A stretch of 64,000 nt of DNA from Novosphingobium sp. (lineage in GTDB: Bacteria; Pseudomonadota; Alphaproteobacteria; Sphingomonadales; Sphingomonadaceae), in contig JAIVIY010000001.1 of assembly GCA_020200285.1 (NCBI GenBank), positions 4,031-68,030 of the forward strand, in the 5' to 3' direction. Within the stretch, counting starts at the first letter, position 1, and each line of letters opens with the position of its first letter. The position numbers and the translations under genes are program-made. The notes under the pieces are model-generated. The model ran no database searches and was not told where the DNA came from. It saw only the letters and a list, made by a program, of their open reading frames with translations. Of this stretch, positions 8,616 to 18,455 are shown in pieces.

Positions 8616-10295
8616 ATGCACCCCTATCGCACGCACAGTTGCGCGGCGCTGCGCCAGGCCGACGTCGGCGGCGAGGCACGGCTGTCGGGCTGGGTCCACC
8701 GCAAGCGCGACCACGGCGGGCTGCTGTTCGTCGACCTGCGCGACCACTTCGGGCTGACCCAGATCGTCGTCGATACGGACAGCCCGGCCTTCGCGACGCT
8801 CGACCGGGCGCGGGTCGAGAGCGTGGTCACGGTGACCGGCAAGGTCGTCGCGCGCGACGCCGACACGATCAACCGCAACCTCCCGACCGGCGAGATCGAA
8901 GTTCGCGCGAGCGCGGTGGAGGTGCGCTCGGCGGCGGAGGAATTGCCGATGCCGGTCGCCGGCGAGCAGGACTATCCCGAGGAGATCCGGCTCAAGTACC
9001 GCTACCTCGACCTGCGGCGCGAGTCCGTCCACGCCAACATGATGCTGCGCTCGGCGGTGATCGCCAGCCTGCGGCGGCGAATGCACGAGCAGGGCTTCAC
9101 CGAGTTCCAGACCCCGATCCTGACCGCTTCCTCGCCCGAGGGCGCGCGCGATTATCTCGTCCCTTCGCGCGTCCACCCGGGCAAGTTCTACGCGCTGCCG
9201 CAGGCGCCGCAGATGTTCAAGCAGTTGCTGATGGTCGCCGGGTTCGACAAGTACTTTCAGATCGCGCCGTGCTTCCGCGACGAGGACGCGCGCGCCGACC
9301 GCTCGTTCGGCAACGGCCGTTCCGTCACCCGCGGCGCGTTCCCGCGCATCCCCTACCGCGAGGCGATGCTCAAGTACGGCAGCGACAAGCCCGACTTGCG
9401 CAATCCGCTCGAGATCACCGACGTGACCGAGCGCTTCAAGGGCTCGGGCTTCGGGCTGTTCGACCGCATCGCGAGCGAGGGCGGTGTCGTCCGCGCCATC
9501 CCCGCGCCGGGGGCGGGCAAGCTTTCGCGAAAATTCTTCGACGACATGAACGAGTGGGCGCGGTGCGAGGGCCACGCCGGGCTCGGCTACATCAATATCA
9601 AGGACGGCACGCCCGCCGGGCCGATCGCCAAGAACCACGGCGAAGGCCCGACCTCCGAGCTGGTCGCCGCGCTCGGGCTCGGCCCCGACGACGGGGTGTT
9701 CTTCGCCGCGGGCAAGGAAGCGCTGGCGGCCAGGCTCGCAGGGCTTGCGCGGACGCGCGTCGCCGAGCAGCTCGGTCTGATCGAGCAGGATGCGTTCCGG
9801 CTGTGCTGGATCGTCGATTTCCCGATGTTCGAGTTCGACGAAGACCAGAAGAAGATCGACTTCAGCCACAACCCGTTCTCGATGCCGCAAGGCGAATTGG
9901 AGGCGCTCGAGACCCAGGACCCACTCGACATCCTCGCCTGGCAGTACGACATCGTCTGCAACGGGGTGGAGCTGTCGTCGGGCGCGATCCGCAACCACCG
10001 CCCGGACATCATGTACAAGGCGTTCGAGATCGCCGGCTACAGCCGTGAGGACGTCGACGAGAGCTTCGCGGGCATGATCAACGCCTTCAAGTTCGGGGCG
10101 CCGCCGCACGGCGGCTCGGCGCCCGGGGTCGACCGCATCGTCATGCTGCTCGCCGACGAGCCCAACATCCGCGAGGTGATCGTCTTCCCGATGACCCAGA
10201 AGGCGGAGGACCTGATGATGAACGCCCCTGCGCCGGTCACGCCCAAGCAGTTGCGCGAGCTGGGCATTCGTATCGTCGAGCCCGCGAAGGGCTAG
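8616..10295 (+). CDS. aspS: Aspartate--tRNA ligase (non-discriminating type), apparent in-frame deletion in motif 2
   Basis: [58 protein letters not shown] jumps directly to FGNGRSVT, lacking the EF.QLD.EMSF segment. Confidence 0.95.
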   Translation: MHPYRTHSCAALRQADVGGEARLSGWVHRKRDHGGLLFVDLRDHFGLTQIVVDTDSPAFATLDRARVESVVTVTGKVVARDADTINRNLPTGEIEVRASAVEVRSAAEELPMPVAGEQDYPEEIRLKYRYLDLRRESVHANMMLRSAVIASLRRRMHEQGFTEFQTPILTASSPEGARDYLVPSRVHPGKFYALPQAPQMFKQLLMVAGFDKYFQIAPCFRDEDARADRSFGNGRSVTRGAFPRIPYREAMLKYGSDKPDLRNPLEITDVTERFKGSGFGLFDRIASEGGVVRAIPAPGAGKLSRKFFDDMNEWARCEGHAGLGYINIKDGTPAGPIAKNHGEGPTSELVAALGLGPDDGVFFAAGKEALAARLAGLARTRVAEQLGLIEQDAFRLCWIVDFPMFEFDEDQKKIDFSHNPFSMPQGELEALETQDPLDILAWQYDIVCNGVELSSGAIRNHRPDIMYKAFEIAGYSREDVDESFAGMINAFKFGAPPHGGSAPGVDRIVMLLADEPNIREVIVFPMTQKAEDLMMNAPAPVTPKQLRELGIRIVEPAKG

Positions 10296-10297
10296 CA

Positions 10298-10334
10298 TTG
10301 CCCTTACTGTGAAACTGTGATACACGGTTTCACA
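10298..10334 (+). promoter_or_regulatory. TA promoter with palindromic operator; predicted leaderless transcript
   Basis: TTGCCC-N17-TACACG. Inverted repeat TGTGAAACTGTG-ATA-CACGGTTTCACA (10308-10334, 1 mismatch) ends on the A of the ATG; no RBS. Confidence 0.75.
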
Positions 10335-10705
10335 TGAAGAACGTCACCCTTGCGCTTGACGACGAGACCCATCGCAAGGCTCGCATCCGCGCGGCCGAGC
10401 TGGGCACCTCGCTTTCGGCCATGGTCAGGGATTACCTCAACAGCGTGGCGGCGGGCGGAGAGCCCGAAGCCGTCGGAGTGCGCGAGATGCAGGCCCCCTT
10501 CAAGTCCGCCGAACCGGTCAAGTCCGGCCCGCCGTGGTTGATAAACGGCGAGTGGGTTTACACGCCGGACGGCAAGCCGCGGCAGCCCGGGGCCCTGCGG
10601 GGCAAGTTCAAGAAACCGGTCACGGAACAGGATCTCGAGACGCCCGATTGGCTCATCGAGGTCATGGAGCATTGGGACGAGAGCGATTTCGACCCGCTTC
10701 CGTGA
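10334..10705 (+). CDS. Antitoxin with N-terminal ribbon-helix-helix domain
   Basis: MKNVTLALDDETHRKARIRAAELGTSLSAMVRDYL (RHH) and a C-terminal RQPGALRGKF...acidic tail; stop overlaps the toxin start (GTGA). Confidence 0.8.
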   Translation: MKNVTLALDDETHRKARIRAAELGTSLSAMVRDYLNSVAAGGEPEAVGVREMQAPFKSAEPVKSGPPWLINGEWVYTPDGKPRQPGALRGKFKKPVTEQDLETPDWLIEVMEHWDESDFDPLP

Positions 10706-11100
10706 AAGTTCTGATCGACACGAACGTGCTGCTTTGGTGGCTCGACGACGATCCGAAGCTTGGTCCCCGTGCCCGAGCATTCATTGCCGAGGCGCGCGGC
10801 GACGTCCTGGCAAGCATCGCGACATTTTGGGAGATTTCGATCAAATGGGGTCTTGGCAAGATAGGTGATCGCGGATCGGTCGCAATGCGGGCGGCTCAGG
10901 ATTCGGGCGTCAGAGTTGTCGGCATTGACCAGGTTCACCTGGAAATGCTCGAGAAGCTCGAGCCGATCGGCGGTCACAACGACCCATTCGATCGGCTGAT
11001 CCTCGTACATGCCATGAGCGAACAGGCAATGCTCATGACGAGTGACCGGGCGATGCGGTCGTATGACGTTCGCTGCTATGACAAGCGTGTCGACCGCTGA
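10702..11100 (+). CDS. vapC: PIN-domain toxin (VapC, Sll0205-like)
   Basis: VLIDTNVLLWW, S.ATFWEISIK..LGK, HNDPFDRLI, LMTSD. Confidence 0.9.
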   Translation: MKVLIDTNVLLWWLDDDPKLGPRARAFIAEARGDVLASIATFWEISIKWGLGKIGDRGSVAMRAAQDSGVRVVGIDQVHLEMLEKLEPIGGHNDPFDRLILVHAMSEQAMLMTSDRAMRSYDVRCYDKRVDR

Positions 11101-11182
11101 CCGCCCCCACTTGCCAGCCCCCCGTCCGTTCATTAGGGCGAAAGCTTGAAATTCATCCCCCACTCTCGCGAAGGGCATCTGC

Positions 11183-11419
11183 ATGAGCGACACCGCGGAC
11201 CGCGTTAAGAAGATCGTTGTCGAGCATCTTGGCGTAGAGGCCGACAAGGTGACTGAGGACGCGAGCTTCATCGACGACCTGGGCGCCGACAGCCTCGACA
11301 TCGTCGAGCTGGTCATGGCCTTCGAGGAGGAGTTCGGGGTGGAGATTCCGGACGACGCGGCCGAGAAGATCTCGACCGTCTCGGACGCGATCAAGTACAT
11401 CGACGACAACAAGGGCTGA
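11183..11419 (+). CDS. acpP: Acyl carrier protein
   Basis: [21 protein letters not shown]. Confidence 0.98.
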   Translation: MSDTADRVKKIVVEHLGVEADKVTEDASFIDDLGADSLDIVELVMAFEEEFGVEIPDDAAEKISTVSDAIKYIDDNKG

Positions 11420-11437
11420 AGTCCCGCCAACTCAACT

Positions 11438-11497
11438 CCGCTCGCCCCTAGCCTGTCGAAGGGCGCGCGCGGGCTTCGACAGGCTCAGCCCGAGCGG
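11438..11497. repeat. Palindromic repeat family A, copy 2 (arms in opposite order)
   Basis: CCGCTCGCCCCTAGCCTGTCGAAG...CTTCGACAGGCTCAGCCCGAGCGG. Confidence 0.8.
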
Positions 11498-11527
11498 GCT
11501 TGGGCCTGTTGTTTTTCGGAGAACCCT

Positions 11528-12790
11528 ATGCGCCGTGTGGTCGTAACCGGACTGGGCCTCGTCACCCCGCTGGGGGCCGACGTCGAGACGACGTGGAAGA
11601 ACCTGCTTGCGGGCAAGAGCGGCATCGCGACGCTGACGCGCTTCGACGTGACCGACCACAAGGCCAAGATCGGCGGCGAGGTTAAGCCCAAGGATCACGA
11701 GTGGGGCTTCGATCCCGACAGGCGTGTCGATCACAAGGTCCAGCGTCAGGTCGATCCGTTCATCGTCTACGCGATCGACGCCGCGGGCCAGGCGCTCGAG
11801 GATGCCGGCCTGACCGAAATGGATGACGACCTCAAGCAGCGCACCGGGGTCTCGATCGGTTCGGGAATCGGCGGACTGCCGGGAATCGAAAGCGAATCGC
11901 TGGTGCTCGCGGAGAAGGGCCCCGGACGGGTCAGCCCGCATTTCGTTCACGGCCGGCTGATCAACCTGACCAGCGGCCAGGTTTCGATCAAGTACGGGCT
12001 GATGGGCCCCAACCATTCGGTGGTCACCGCCTGCTCGACCGGGGCGCATTCGATCGGCGACGCGGCGCGGATGATCAAGGACGACGATGCCGACATCATG
12101 CTCGCCGGCGGGGCGGAATGCGCGATCAATCCCCTGGGGCTGGCCGGCTTCGCCCAGGCCAAAGCGCTCAACATGACCTACAACGACCGCCCCGAGCAGG
12201 CGAGCCGACCTTACGACAAAGGGCGCGACGGTTTCGTCATGGGCGAGGGCGCGGGCGTGGTGGTGCTCGAAGAATACGAGCACGCGAAGAAGCGCGGAGC
12301 GAAAATCTACGCCGAGGTCGTCGGCTATGGCCTGTCGGGCGACGCCTACCACGTCACCGCGCCACATCCGGAGGGCAAGGGCGCCGAGCTCGCGATGCGG
12401 ATGGCGATGCGCAAAGCCGGGATGGAGCCCGATGACATCGACTACGTCAACGCTCACGGCACCTCGACGATGGCCGACACGATCGAGCTCGCCGCCGTCA
12501 AGCGGGTGCTCGGCGACGATCTCGGCGGCGCCTCGATGTCGAGCACAAAGTCGGCGATCGGGCACTTGTTGGGCGGCGCGGGCGCGGTCGAGACGATCTT
12601 CTGCATCCTCGCGATCCGCGACCAGATCGTCCCGCCGACGCTCAATCTCGACGATCCCGACGAAGGCACCGAAGGCGTCGACCTCGTCCCGCACAAGGCC
12701 AGGAAGCGCCGCGTGCGCGCCGCGCTCAACAACTCGTTCGGGTTCGGCGGGACCAACGCCAGCCTGATCGTCAAGGCGGTCGAGGACTGA
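11528..12790 (+). CDS. fabF: Beta-ketoacyl-ACP synthase II
   Basis: RRVVVTGLG, VTACSTG (Cys), NAHGTST, KSAIGHLLG, NSFGFGGTN. Confidence 0.97.
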   Translation: MRRVVVTGLGLVTPLGADVETTWKNLLAGKSGIATLTRFDVTDHKAKIGGEVKPKDHEWGFDPDRRVDHKVQRQVDPFIVYAIDAAGQALEDAGLTEMDDDLKQRTGVSIGSGIGGLPGIESESLVLAEKGPGRVSPHFVHGRLINLTSGQVSIKYGLMGPNHSVVTACSTGAHSIGDAARMIKDDDADIMLAGGAECAINPLGLAGFAQAKALNMTYNDRPEQASRPYDKGRDGFVMGEGAGVVVLEEYEHAKKRGAKIYAEVVGYGLSGDAYHVTAPHPEGKGAELAMRMAMRKAGMEPDDIDYVNAHGTSTMADTIELAAVKRVLGDDLGGASMSSTKSAIGHLLGGAGAVETIFCILAIRDQIVPPTLNLDDPDEGTEGVDLVPHKARKRRVRAALNNSFGFGGTNASLIVKAVED

Positions 12791-12804
12791 TCCGCCTTTC
12801 ATTA

Positions 12805-12889
12805 CGTCATTGCGAGGAGCGCAGCGACGAAGCAATCCAGGGCCCGGCGCGCAATCGCTCTGGATTGCTTCGCTACGCTCGCAATGACG
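12805..12889. repeat. Palindromic repeat family B (CGTCATTGCGAG...GCAATCCAG type)
   Basis: CGTCATTGCGAG-gagcgcagcgac-GAAGCAATCCAG...CTGGATTGCTTCG-ctacg-CTCGCAATGACG, a long hairpin of the type widespread in Alphaproteobacteria. Confidence 0.85.
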
Positions 12890-12899
12890 AGTCGAGGTT

Positions 12900-13868
12900 G
12901 TGACTCTTCGATCAAAGCTTCTCGCCGGCCTCGCGCTCATCGCGCTCCTCGCCGCGGGCCTATGGCTGCGCGGGTGGTACGGCGCGGGGCCGCTGGACAA
13001 GCCGGCCGCGTTCGTCGTGCCCGACGGCTCGACGCTGACCAGCGTCGCGGGCAAGCTCGAAACGGAAGGCGCGATCGGGTCGGCTTCGGCATTCCTGACG
13101 CGCGCGAAAATCCTCGGCAGCGGCGATCCGATCAAGGCCGGCGAGTTCCTCCTGCCCGCGGGCGCCAGCGCGGCGACGATCCTCGACACGCTCCAGCACG
13201 GCAAGGTCATCCGCCGCTTCGTCGCGGTGCCCGAGGGCATGCCGTCGATCCTGGTGTGGGAGCGGCTGATGAAGCAGCCGCTGCTCGCCGGCCGCATCCC
13301 CATCCCCGCCGAAGGCACGCTGCTGCCCGACAGCTACGATTTCGAGCGCGGCGAGGCTCGCGCCGCGGTGGTCGCGCGGATGCAGGCGGCGATGCGCAAG
13401 GTGCTCGCCGAGGCGTGGAAGAAGCGTTCTCCGACGACCGTCGCCAAGACGCCCGAGGAAGCCGTGATCCTCGCCTCGATCGTCGAGAAGGAGACCGGCA
13501 AGCCGGCCGAGCGGCGGATGGTCGCCGGGCTCTATTCGAACCGGCTGCGCGAAGGCATGCTGCTCCAGGCCGACCCGACGATCATCTATCCGATCACCCG
13601 CGGCAAGCCCTTGGGGCGGCGCATCCGCCAGTCGGAGATCGCCGCGATCAACGACTACAATACCTATTCGATGGTCGGGCTGCCCAAGGGGCCGATCACC
13701 AACCCGGGCAATGCGTCGATCGAAGCGGTGCTCAACCCGGCGCGGACCGACGCGCTGTACATGGTCGCCGACGGCACCGGCGGCCACGTCTTCGCCAGCA
13801 CGCTCGACGAGCACAACGCCAACGTCGCCAAGTGGTTCGCGATTCGGCGGGCGCGGGGGGAGTTGTAG
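12900..13868 (+). CDS. mltG: Endolytic transglycosylase MltG
   Basis: N-terminal TM, EGTLLPDSY, LASIVEKET (catalytic Glu), LQADPT, YNTY..GLPKGPITNPG. Confidence 0.95.
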   Translation: MTLRSKLLAGLALIALLAAGLWLRGWYGAGPLDKPAAFVVPDGSTLTSVAGKLETEGAIGSASAFLTRAKILGSGDPIKAGEFLLPAGASAATILDTLQHGKVIRRFVAVPEGMPSILVWERLMKQPLLAGRIPIPAEGTLLPDSYDFERGEARAAVVARMQAAMRKVLAEAWKKRSPTTVAKTPEEAVILASIVEKETGKPAERRMVAGLYSNRLREGMLLQADPTIIYPITRGKPLGRRIRQSEIAAINDYNTYSMVGLPKGPITNPGNASIEAVLNPARTDALYMVADGTGGHVFASTLDEHNANVAKWFAIRRARGEL

Positions 13869-13884
13869 GCGGGACAAACGCCGC

Positions 13885-13960
13885 GCGTGGTCTTCGACAA
13901 GCTCAGGCTGAGCGGAACTGGGTTCAAAGGCCCGCTCGTGCTGAGCCTGTCGAAGCACGC
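13885..13960. repeat. Palindromic repeat family A, copy 3
   Basis: CTTCGACAAGCTCAGGCTGAGCGG...CCGCTCGTGCTGAGCCTGTCGAAG between convergent genes. Confidence 0.85.
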
Positions 13961-13974
13961 ACACCGCCCGCACC

Positions 13975-15927
13975 TCACGGCTCGGCGATGTTGAACCCGC
14001 CGGGCAGCGGGTCGATCGCGGCGAGCAGCGCTTCGAGCGCGGCGCGATCGCCCGCCACCTTGAGGCCGGCGGGCTCGAGCTGGGCCAGCGGCAGCTTGAG
14101 GAACAGCAGCCCGAGCAGCGCCGGACGCGGAGCGGTGATCGTCGCGTCGACGGGCCCAGCCGCAGCGCCCATCCGCCCGATCAGCACGCCGTTGGCGGCT
14201 TCGAGCGTCGCGCTTTCCTTGCGATCGGGGATCGCCAGCCGCACCGCTACGCGCTCCGCGCCGAGCTTTGCCGGATCGAATCTCGTCGCCGGCGAATCGA
14301 GCAGCAGCGCGGTGGGGATCGCGGCGACCACGTCGCGGCTCTGCGCGGCGACGCGGGTCTGCGCGCCCTCGCGCAAGTCCTTGGCGGCCGACAGGAACTG
14401 GTTGCGCCAGATCGCGCTCTCGGCCTGATAGCCCTGCTGCTCGTAGCTGTCCGCAAGCAGCTCGCGCGCCGCCTGGTTGCCCGGCTCGGCGAACACCAGC
14501 TGGTTGAGCAGGTCCGACGACCAGCGATAGTCGCCCGCGGCCATCGCCTTGCGCGCCAGCTCCAGCACCTTCCGCGCCCCGCCGATCGCCGCGACATAGC
14601 GCTCGGCTCGCGTCTCAGGGGGGTGCGGATCGAGATGCGCGGGCACCGCGTCGTACCACCCGAGGTAGTGCTGGTAGATCGCCTTGGCGTTGTGGCGATA
14701 GGTCCCGTAGTAGCCGCGATTGGCCCATTGCCCGGCGATTTGCGGCGGCTGGACCACGGCCTCGGCGATCTCGTCCATCGTCTCGCCGCGGTTCATCAGC
14801 CGCACGGTCTGGTCGTGGAGGTAGCGGTAGTTGTCGCGGTGCCCGGCCAGCCAGCGCGCGCCCTCGGCCCGGCCGAACACGGGCCAGCAATGGCTCGAGG
14901 CGATCGCCTCGCTGCGCGGCGCGTAGAGCCGCAGCGCTTCGTCGAGAAACCCGGCCCAGATGCGCGCGTCGCGGACCTTGGCGCCGCGGGGGGCGAGGAT
15001 GTTATGGAAGGTGCAGGTCCCGATCTCGGCCGCGAGGAAGGTCTTCGCCGGCGCGATGAAGACGTTCAACTCGGCTGGCGCCTCGCTCCCCGAGACGATC
15101 TGGAACTCGAGCGGCACCCCGTCGACGGTGCGCGTCTCGCCGGTCCTGGCGACGAGGTCGGTCGGCGCGATCAGAGTGATCTCGCCCGCCGCCAGCGCCG
15201 GGCCGATCCCGCTGCCGATCTGGCCTTGCGGCCCCGGGCTCAGCGCCGAGCCGAATTGATAGCCCGCGCGCCGCGCCATCGCGCCGCCCGCGATCACGCT
15301 CTCGGAGGCCGATTCCTCGACGAACCCCTCGGGCGCCAGCACCGCGACCTTGCCCGCGGCGACGTCCGCCTCGTCGACGATCCCGCGCACCCCTCCGTAG
15401 TGGTCGCCGTGGCTGTGGGTGTAGATGACAGCGCTGACCGGGCGCGGGCCGAGACGGGCGTTGACCAGTGCCATCGCGGCCGCCGCGGTCTCGCGCGTGG
15501 TCAACGGGTCGATCACGATCCACCCGCGCTCGCCGCCGATCACGGTCATGTTCGAGAGGTCGAACCCGCGCACCTGCCAGACGTCCTCGGCGACCGCGAA
15601 CAGCCCGTGGCGGCGCAGCAGGCCGATGTGCCGCCACAAGCTGGGGTTGACCGTGTCGGGCGCGGGGCCGGCGACGAAATCGTAGGCGGCGAGGTTCCAT
15701 ACCGGGCGGCCGTCGGCGGCGCGGATCAGGGGATCGGCGCGGGTGCCGACGAAGCCGCGCGCGGCGAATGCGGCGTCGCGCCCATCCTCGACGGGGAGCG
15801 CCGCGGCGACCGCGCGCTGCGCGGCGATCGTCGCGGGCGATGCGGGCTTGGGGGCTTCGGCATGGGCGGCGCTGGCGACGACGCCCGCCAGGATCGCGCC
15901 GGCCGGGCCGAAAAGCGCTGGACGCAT
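13975..15927 (-). CDS. Alkyl/aryl sulfatase (SdsA1 family, metallo-beta-lactamase fold)
   Basis: Signal peptide, TVNPSLWR, QVRGFDLSN, YTHSHGDHYGG, SHCWP, RGYYG, C-terminal SCP2-like domain. Confidence 0.92.
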   Translation of the reverse strand: MRPALFGPAGAILAGVVASAAHAEAPKPASPATIAAQRAVAAALPVEDGRDAAFAARGFVGTRADPLIRAADGRPVWNLAAYDFVAGPAPDTVNPSLWRHIGLLRRHGLFAVAEDVWQVRGFDLSNMTVIGGERGWIVIDPLTTRETAAAAMALVNARLGPRPVSAVIYTHSHGDHYGGVRGIVDEADVAAGKVAVLAPEGFVEESASESVIAGGAMARRAGYQFGSALSPGPQGQIGSGIGPALAAGEITLIAPTDLVARTGETRTVDGVPLEFQIVSGSEAPAELNVFIAPAKTFLAAEIGTCTFHNILAPRGAKVRDARIWAGFLDEALRLYAPRSEAIASSHCWPVFGRAEGARWLAGHRDNYRYLHDQTVRLMNRGETMDEIAEAVVQPPQIAGQWANRGYYGTYRHNAKAIYQHYLGWYDAVPAHLDPHPPETRAERYVAAIGGARKVLELARKAMAAGDYRWSSDLLNQLVFAEPGNQAARELLADSYEQQGYQAESAIWRNQFLSAAKDLREGAQTRVAAQSRDVVAAIPTALLLDSPATRFDPAKLGAERVAVRLAIPDRKESATLEAANGVLIGRMGAAAGPVDATITAPRPALLGLLFLKLPLAQLEPAGLKVAGDRAALEALLAAIDPLPGGFNIAEP

Positions 15928-15994
15928 CGAGTCTCTCCCCCCTGTTGTCCGCGCAGGAACCTGCGCGCCCGGCGCGGCTTGAGCAAGCGACCCG

Positions 15995-16522
15995 ATGGCC
16001 GATTCCGCGTCCAGCGTCCCACTGCTCGTCACCGCCGAGCTGCCGAGCAAACTCTTCGCCTGGGCGGAAGGGCTGCGCCGCGCGCACTTCCCGCCCGAGC
16101 GCAACAAGGTCCGCGCCCACGTCACCTTGTTCCACGCGCTGCCGCCGAGCGTCGAGGGCGAGCTCCGGCGGATGCTCGCCGAGCTTGCCCGCGCGCCGCC
16201 GCCGCCGGCGCGGATCGTCGGGCTGATGCCGCTCGGCGGCGGAACCGCGTTCGAAATAGCCAGCCCGGAGCTCCAGGCGCTCCACGCCGAGATGGTCGAG
16301 CGGCTCCACGGGGTGCTGAGCGTCCAGGACCGGGGCCGGCCAAAGCTTCACGTCACGGTCCAGAACAAGGTCCCGCCGGCCGAGGCGAAGGCGCTCCAGG
16401 CGGCGCTCGCGGAAGCGTGGCGTCCCGACGAATTCGCCTTCGCCGGGCTTTCGCTCCACCGCTATCTCGGAGGGCGCTGGGAGGACGCCGGGACCTGGCC
16501 GTTTCGCGGGCCGAGGCGTTGA
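15995..16522 (+). CDS. 2H phosphoesterase (2'-5' RNA ligase family)
   Basis: Two HxT motifs: AHVTLFHAL and LHVTVQNKV. Confidence 0.88.
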   Translation: MADSASSVPLLVTAELPSKLFAWAEGLRRAHFPPERNKVRAHVTLFHALPPSVEGELRRMLAELARAPPPPARIVGLMPLGGGTAFEIASPELQALHAEMVERLHGVLSVQDRGRPKLHVTVQNKVPPAEAKALQAALAEAWRPDEFAFAGLSLHRYLGGRWEDAGTWPFRGPRR

Positions 16523-16533
16523 CCAAGCGGCCA

Positions 16534-16562
16534 TTGACCCCCACATGGCCTGCGACTAAGAG
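16534..16562 (+). promoter_or_regulatory. Sigma70 promoter of tRNA-Met
   Basis: TTGACC-N17-TAAGAG followed by a GC-rich discriminator. Confidence 0.6.
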
Positions 16563-16592
16563 CCGCGCCTTGCCGCGGTTCGCGCGTCCCGG

Positions 16593-16669
16593 GGCGGAGT
16601 AGCTCAGCCGGTTAGAGCAGCGGAATCATAATCCGCGTGTCGGGGGTTCGAGTCCCTCCTCCGCTACCA
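16593..16669 (+). tRNA. tRNA-Met (CAT), elongator type
   Basis: 77 nt cloverleaf: GGCGGAG/CTCCGCT acceptor, GCGGA-ATCATAA-TCCGC anticodon arm, GGTTCGAGTCC T arm, encoded CCA. Confidence 0.95.
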
Positions 16670-17612
16670 TCCTACCACCCGACGTCGCCGGATCGGTCGC
16701 GGCGATCACGCGCTTGAGCAGGTGGCGGAGCATCGCCAGCTCGGTCTCGTCGAGCCCGTCGGCGATGTCGTCCTCGATCGCCATCGCCGCCGCGGTAAGC
16801 TCGACGAAAGCCGCCCTGCCCGCCTCGCTCAGCGACAGGCTTCCTGCCGCATCGCGCGCGATCATGCCGCGTTCGATCAGCGCCTGCGTCTCGTCCAGGC
16901 ACAAGCGCTGGCCAGTGAAGCCGGGCGTCGCGGCCAACCGAGCGGGCGTGACTTCGCCGAACGTCCCGATCGCGCTCAGCACGAAATGCTCGCGCGGGGC
17001 CAGCCCCAGGCGCTCGAGAACCGGGCGCAGCCGGCCGGTGACCTGAAGATCCGCGCGGCCGAGCAGGTAGCCGAGGAAATCCTCGCCGAAGGTCTTGGGC
17101 TCGACCGGGGCGGGAGACGCCTCGGAAAGGCTCGCCGCCTTGCGCGCCGCCACCGCATAGCGTCCGCCGTGGAACGCCAGCGGGGCGCGCGCGCTGCGCT
17201 CGAAGGTCTCGACCTCGCCGACGAAGATCACGTGGTCGCCGCCGTCGTGCTGAAACGCGGTGCGGCACTGGAACCGCGCCGCCGCGCCCGGCAGCAGCGG
17301 CGCGCCGCCCGCTCCGCGCTCGAGCGCGATCCCCGCGAACTTGTCCGGCCCCGAGCGGGCGAAGCGGTCGGACAGGTCCTCCTGGTCGGCGGCGAGAATG
17401 TGTACCGCGAAATGGCTGGATTGCGCGAACACCGGCAGGCTCGCCGACTTGCGCGCGAGGCTCCACAGCACCATTGGGGGGTCGAGCGAGACCGAGTTGA
17501 AGCTGTTGGCGGTGACCCCGACGTCGCGGCCCGCACCATCGGATGCGGTGACGATGGTCACCCCGGTGACGAACGAGCCGAGCGCCGCGCGAAAGTCTGC
17601 CGCGTCGTTGGT
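16626..17612 (-). CDS. Flavin reductase with C-terminal MarR-like domain (resembles the C1 reductase of p-hydroxyphenylacetate hydroxylase)
   Basis: FRAALGSFVTGVTIVT, GVTANSFNSVSLDPPMVLWSL, GGDHVIFVGEV, then a winged-helix region. No canonical start codon precedes the conserved N-terminus, and the 3' end runs antisense into tRNA-Met. Confidence 0.8.
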   Translation of the reverse strand, partial: TNDAADFRAALGSFVTGVTIVTASDGAGRDVGVTANSFNSVSLDPPMVLWSLARKSASLPVFAQSSHFAVHILAADQEDLSDRFARSGPDKFAGIALERGAGGAPLLPGAAARFQCRTAFQHDGGDHVIFVGEVETFERSARAPLAFHGGRYAVAARKAASLSEASPAPVEPKTFGEDFLGYLLGRADLQVTGRLRPVLERLGLAPREHFVLSAIGTFGEVTPARLAATPGFTGQRLCLDETQALIERGMIARDAAGSLSLSEAGRAAFVELTAAAMAIEDDIADGLDETELAMLRHLLKRVIAATDPATSGGRMVAEEGLEPPTRGL

Positions 17613-17647
17613 TCCGAGTTCTCTCCCGGACGATTCGGCGCGAATCG

Positions 17648-18406
17648 TCAGCGCGGCTTCCTGAAGCGCAGCGCGAACTGGTCGGTCTTGCCGCGGATCG
17701 CCGCGTCGAACACGTTGGCGGTGCGCGGGTCGGCCGGGTTGCGCCAGAGCTTGCTCTCGGCCTCGAGCTTGAACCCGGCCGCGGTCATCGTGTCGAACAC
17801 CGTCTGCCGCTCGATCCGGTGGAGCGTGTCGGAATGCGTCGCGCCGCTGCCGTCGACGGCCGCGTGATCGATCACGACGAGCGTACCGCCGCGCTTGAGA
17901 GCCGCGAACAAGTTGGCCGCGGCGCGCGCGCCGGTGCCGGGCGAGGCCTGCTTCAGGTAGAGGTCGTGGAAGTTCTGCACGGTGACGATCGTGTCGAGCG
18001 CGACCGGGAATGCCGGGGCCGGAGCCGATCCGGCGACCGCCTCGACGTTGGCGTAGGCTTCGTCGACCGTCTTCTGGTCGTCGCCGTACTGCTTGCGGAA
18101 GGCGATGAACTCGTTGGGCTGGAAGGCGTAGACCCGGCCCGTGGGGCCGACCGCCGCGGCGAGGATGCGGGTCAGGTAGCCTCCGCCCATGATGAAGTCG
18201 CCGACCCTCTCGCCGCGCTCGATCTGCGCGAAGGCGAGCAACTCGGCGGGCTTGCGCGCGGCGTCGCGGGCGCGCTCGGCCGCAGGCCGCGCCGGATCGG
18301 CGAGCGCGGCCGCGTAAGCGGCCGGCTTCGGCTTGGCGGCCGCGGACGGTGCGAACGCGAGCGCGGCGGCGAGCGCGAGCGCTCCGGCTAGGCGGCGGTG
18401 AGTCAT
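17648..18406 (-). CDS. Exported class I SAM-dependent methyltransferase-like protein (COG4798-like)
   Basis: Signal peptide, RD.ARKPAELL.F, DFIMGGGYLT, LK.GG.LVVIDH, NPADP, TDQF.LRFRKP. Confidence 0.85.
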   Translation of the reverse strand: MTHRRLAGALALAAALAFAPSAAAKPKPAAYAAALADPARPAAERARDAARKPAELLAFAQIERGERVGDFIMGGGYLTRILAAAVGPTGRVYAFQPNEFIAFRKQYGDDQKTVDEAYANVEAVAGSAPAPAFPVALDTIVTVQNFHDLYLKQASPGTGARAAANLFAALKRGGTLVVIDHAAVDGSGATHSDTLHRIERQTVFDTMTAAGFKLEAESKLWRNPADPRTANVFDAAIRGKTDQFALRFRKPR

Positions 18407-18455
18407 CGAAACCTCTCCCGGTGGCTGATTCGCAGCGCAGTCTAGCGCTCCGCGC

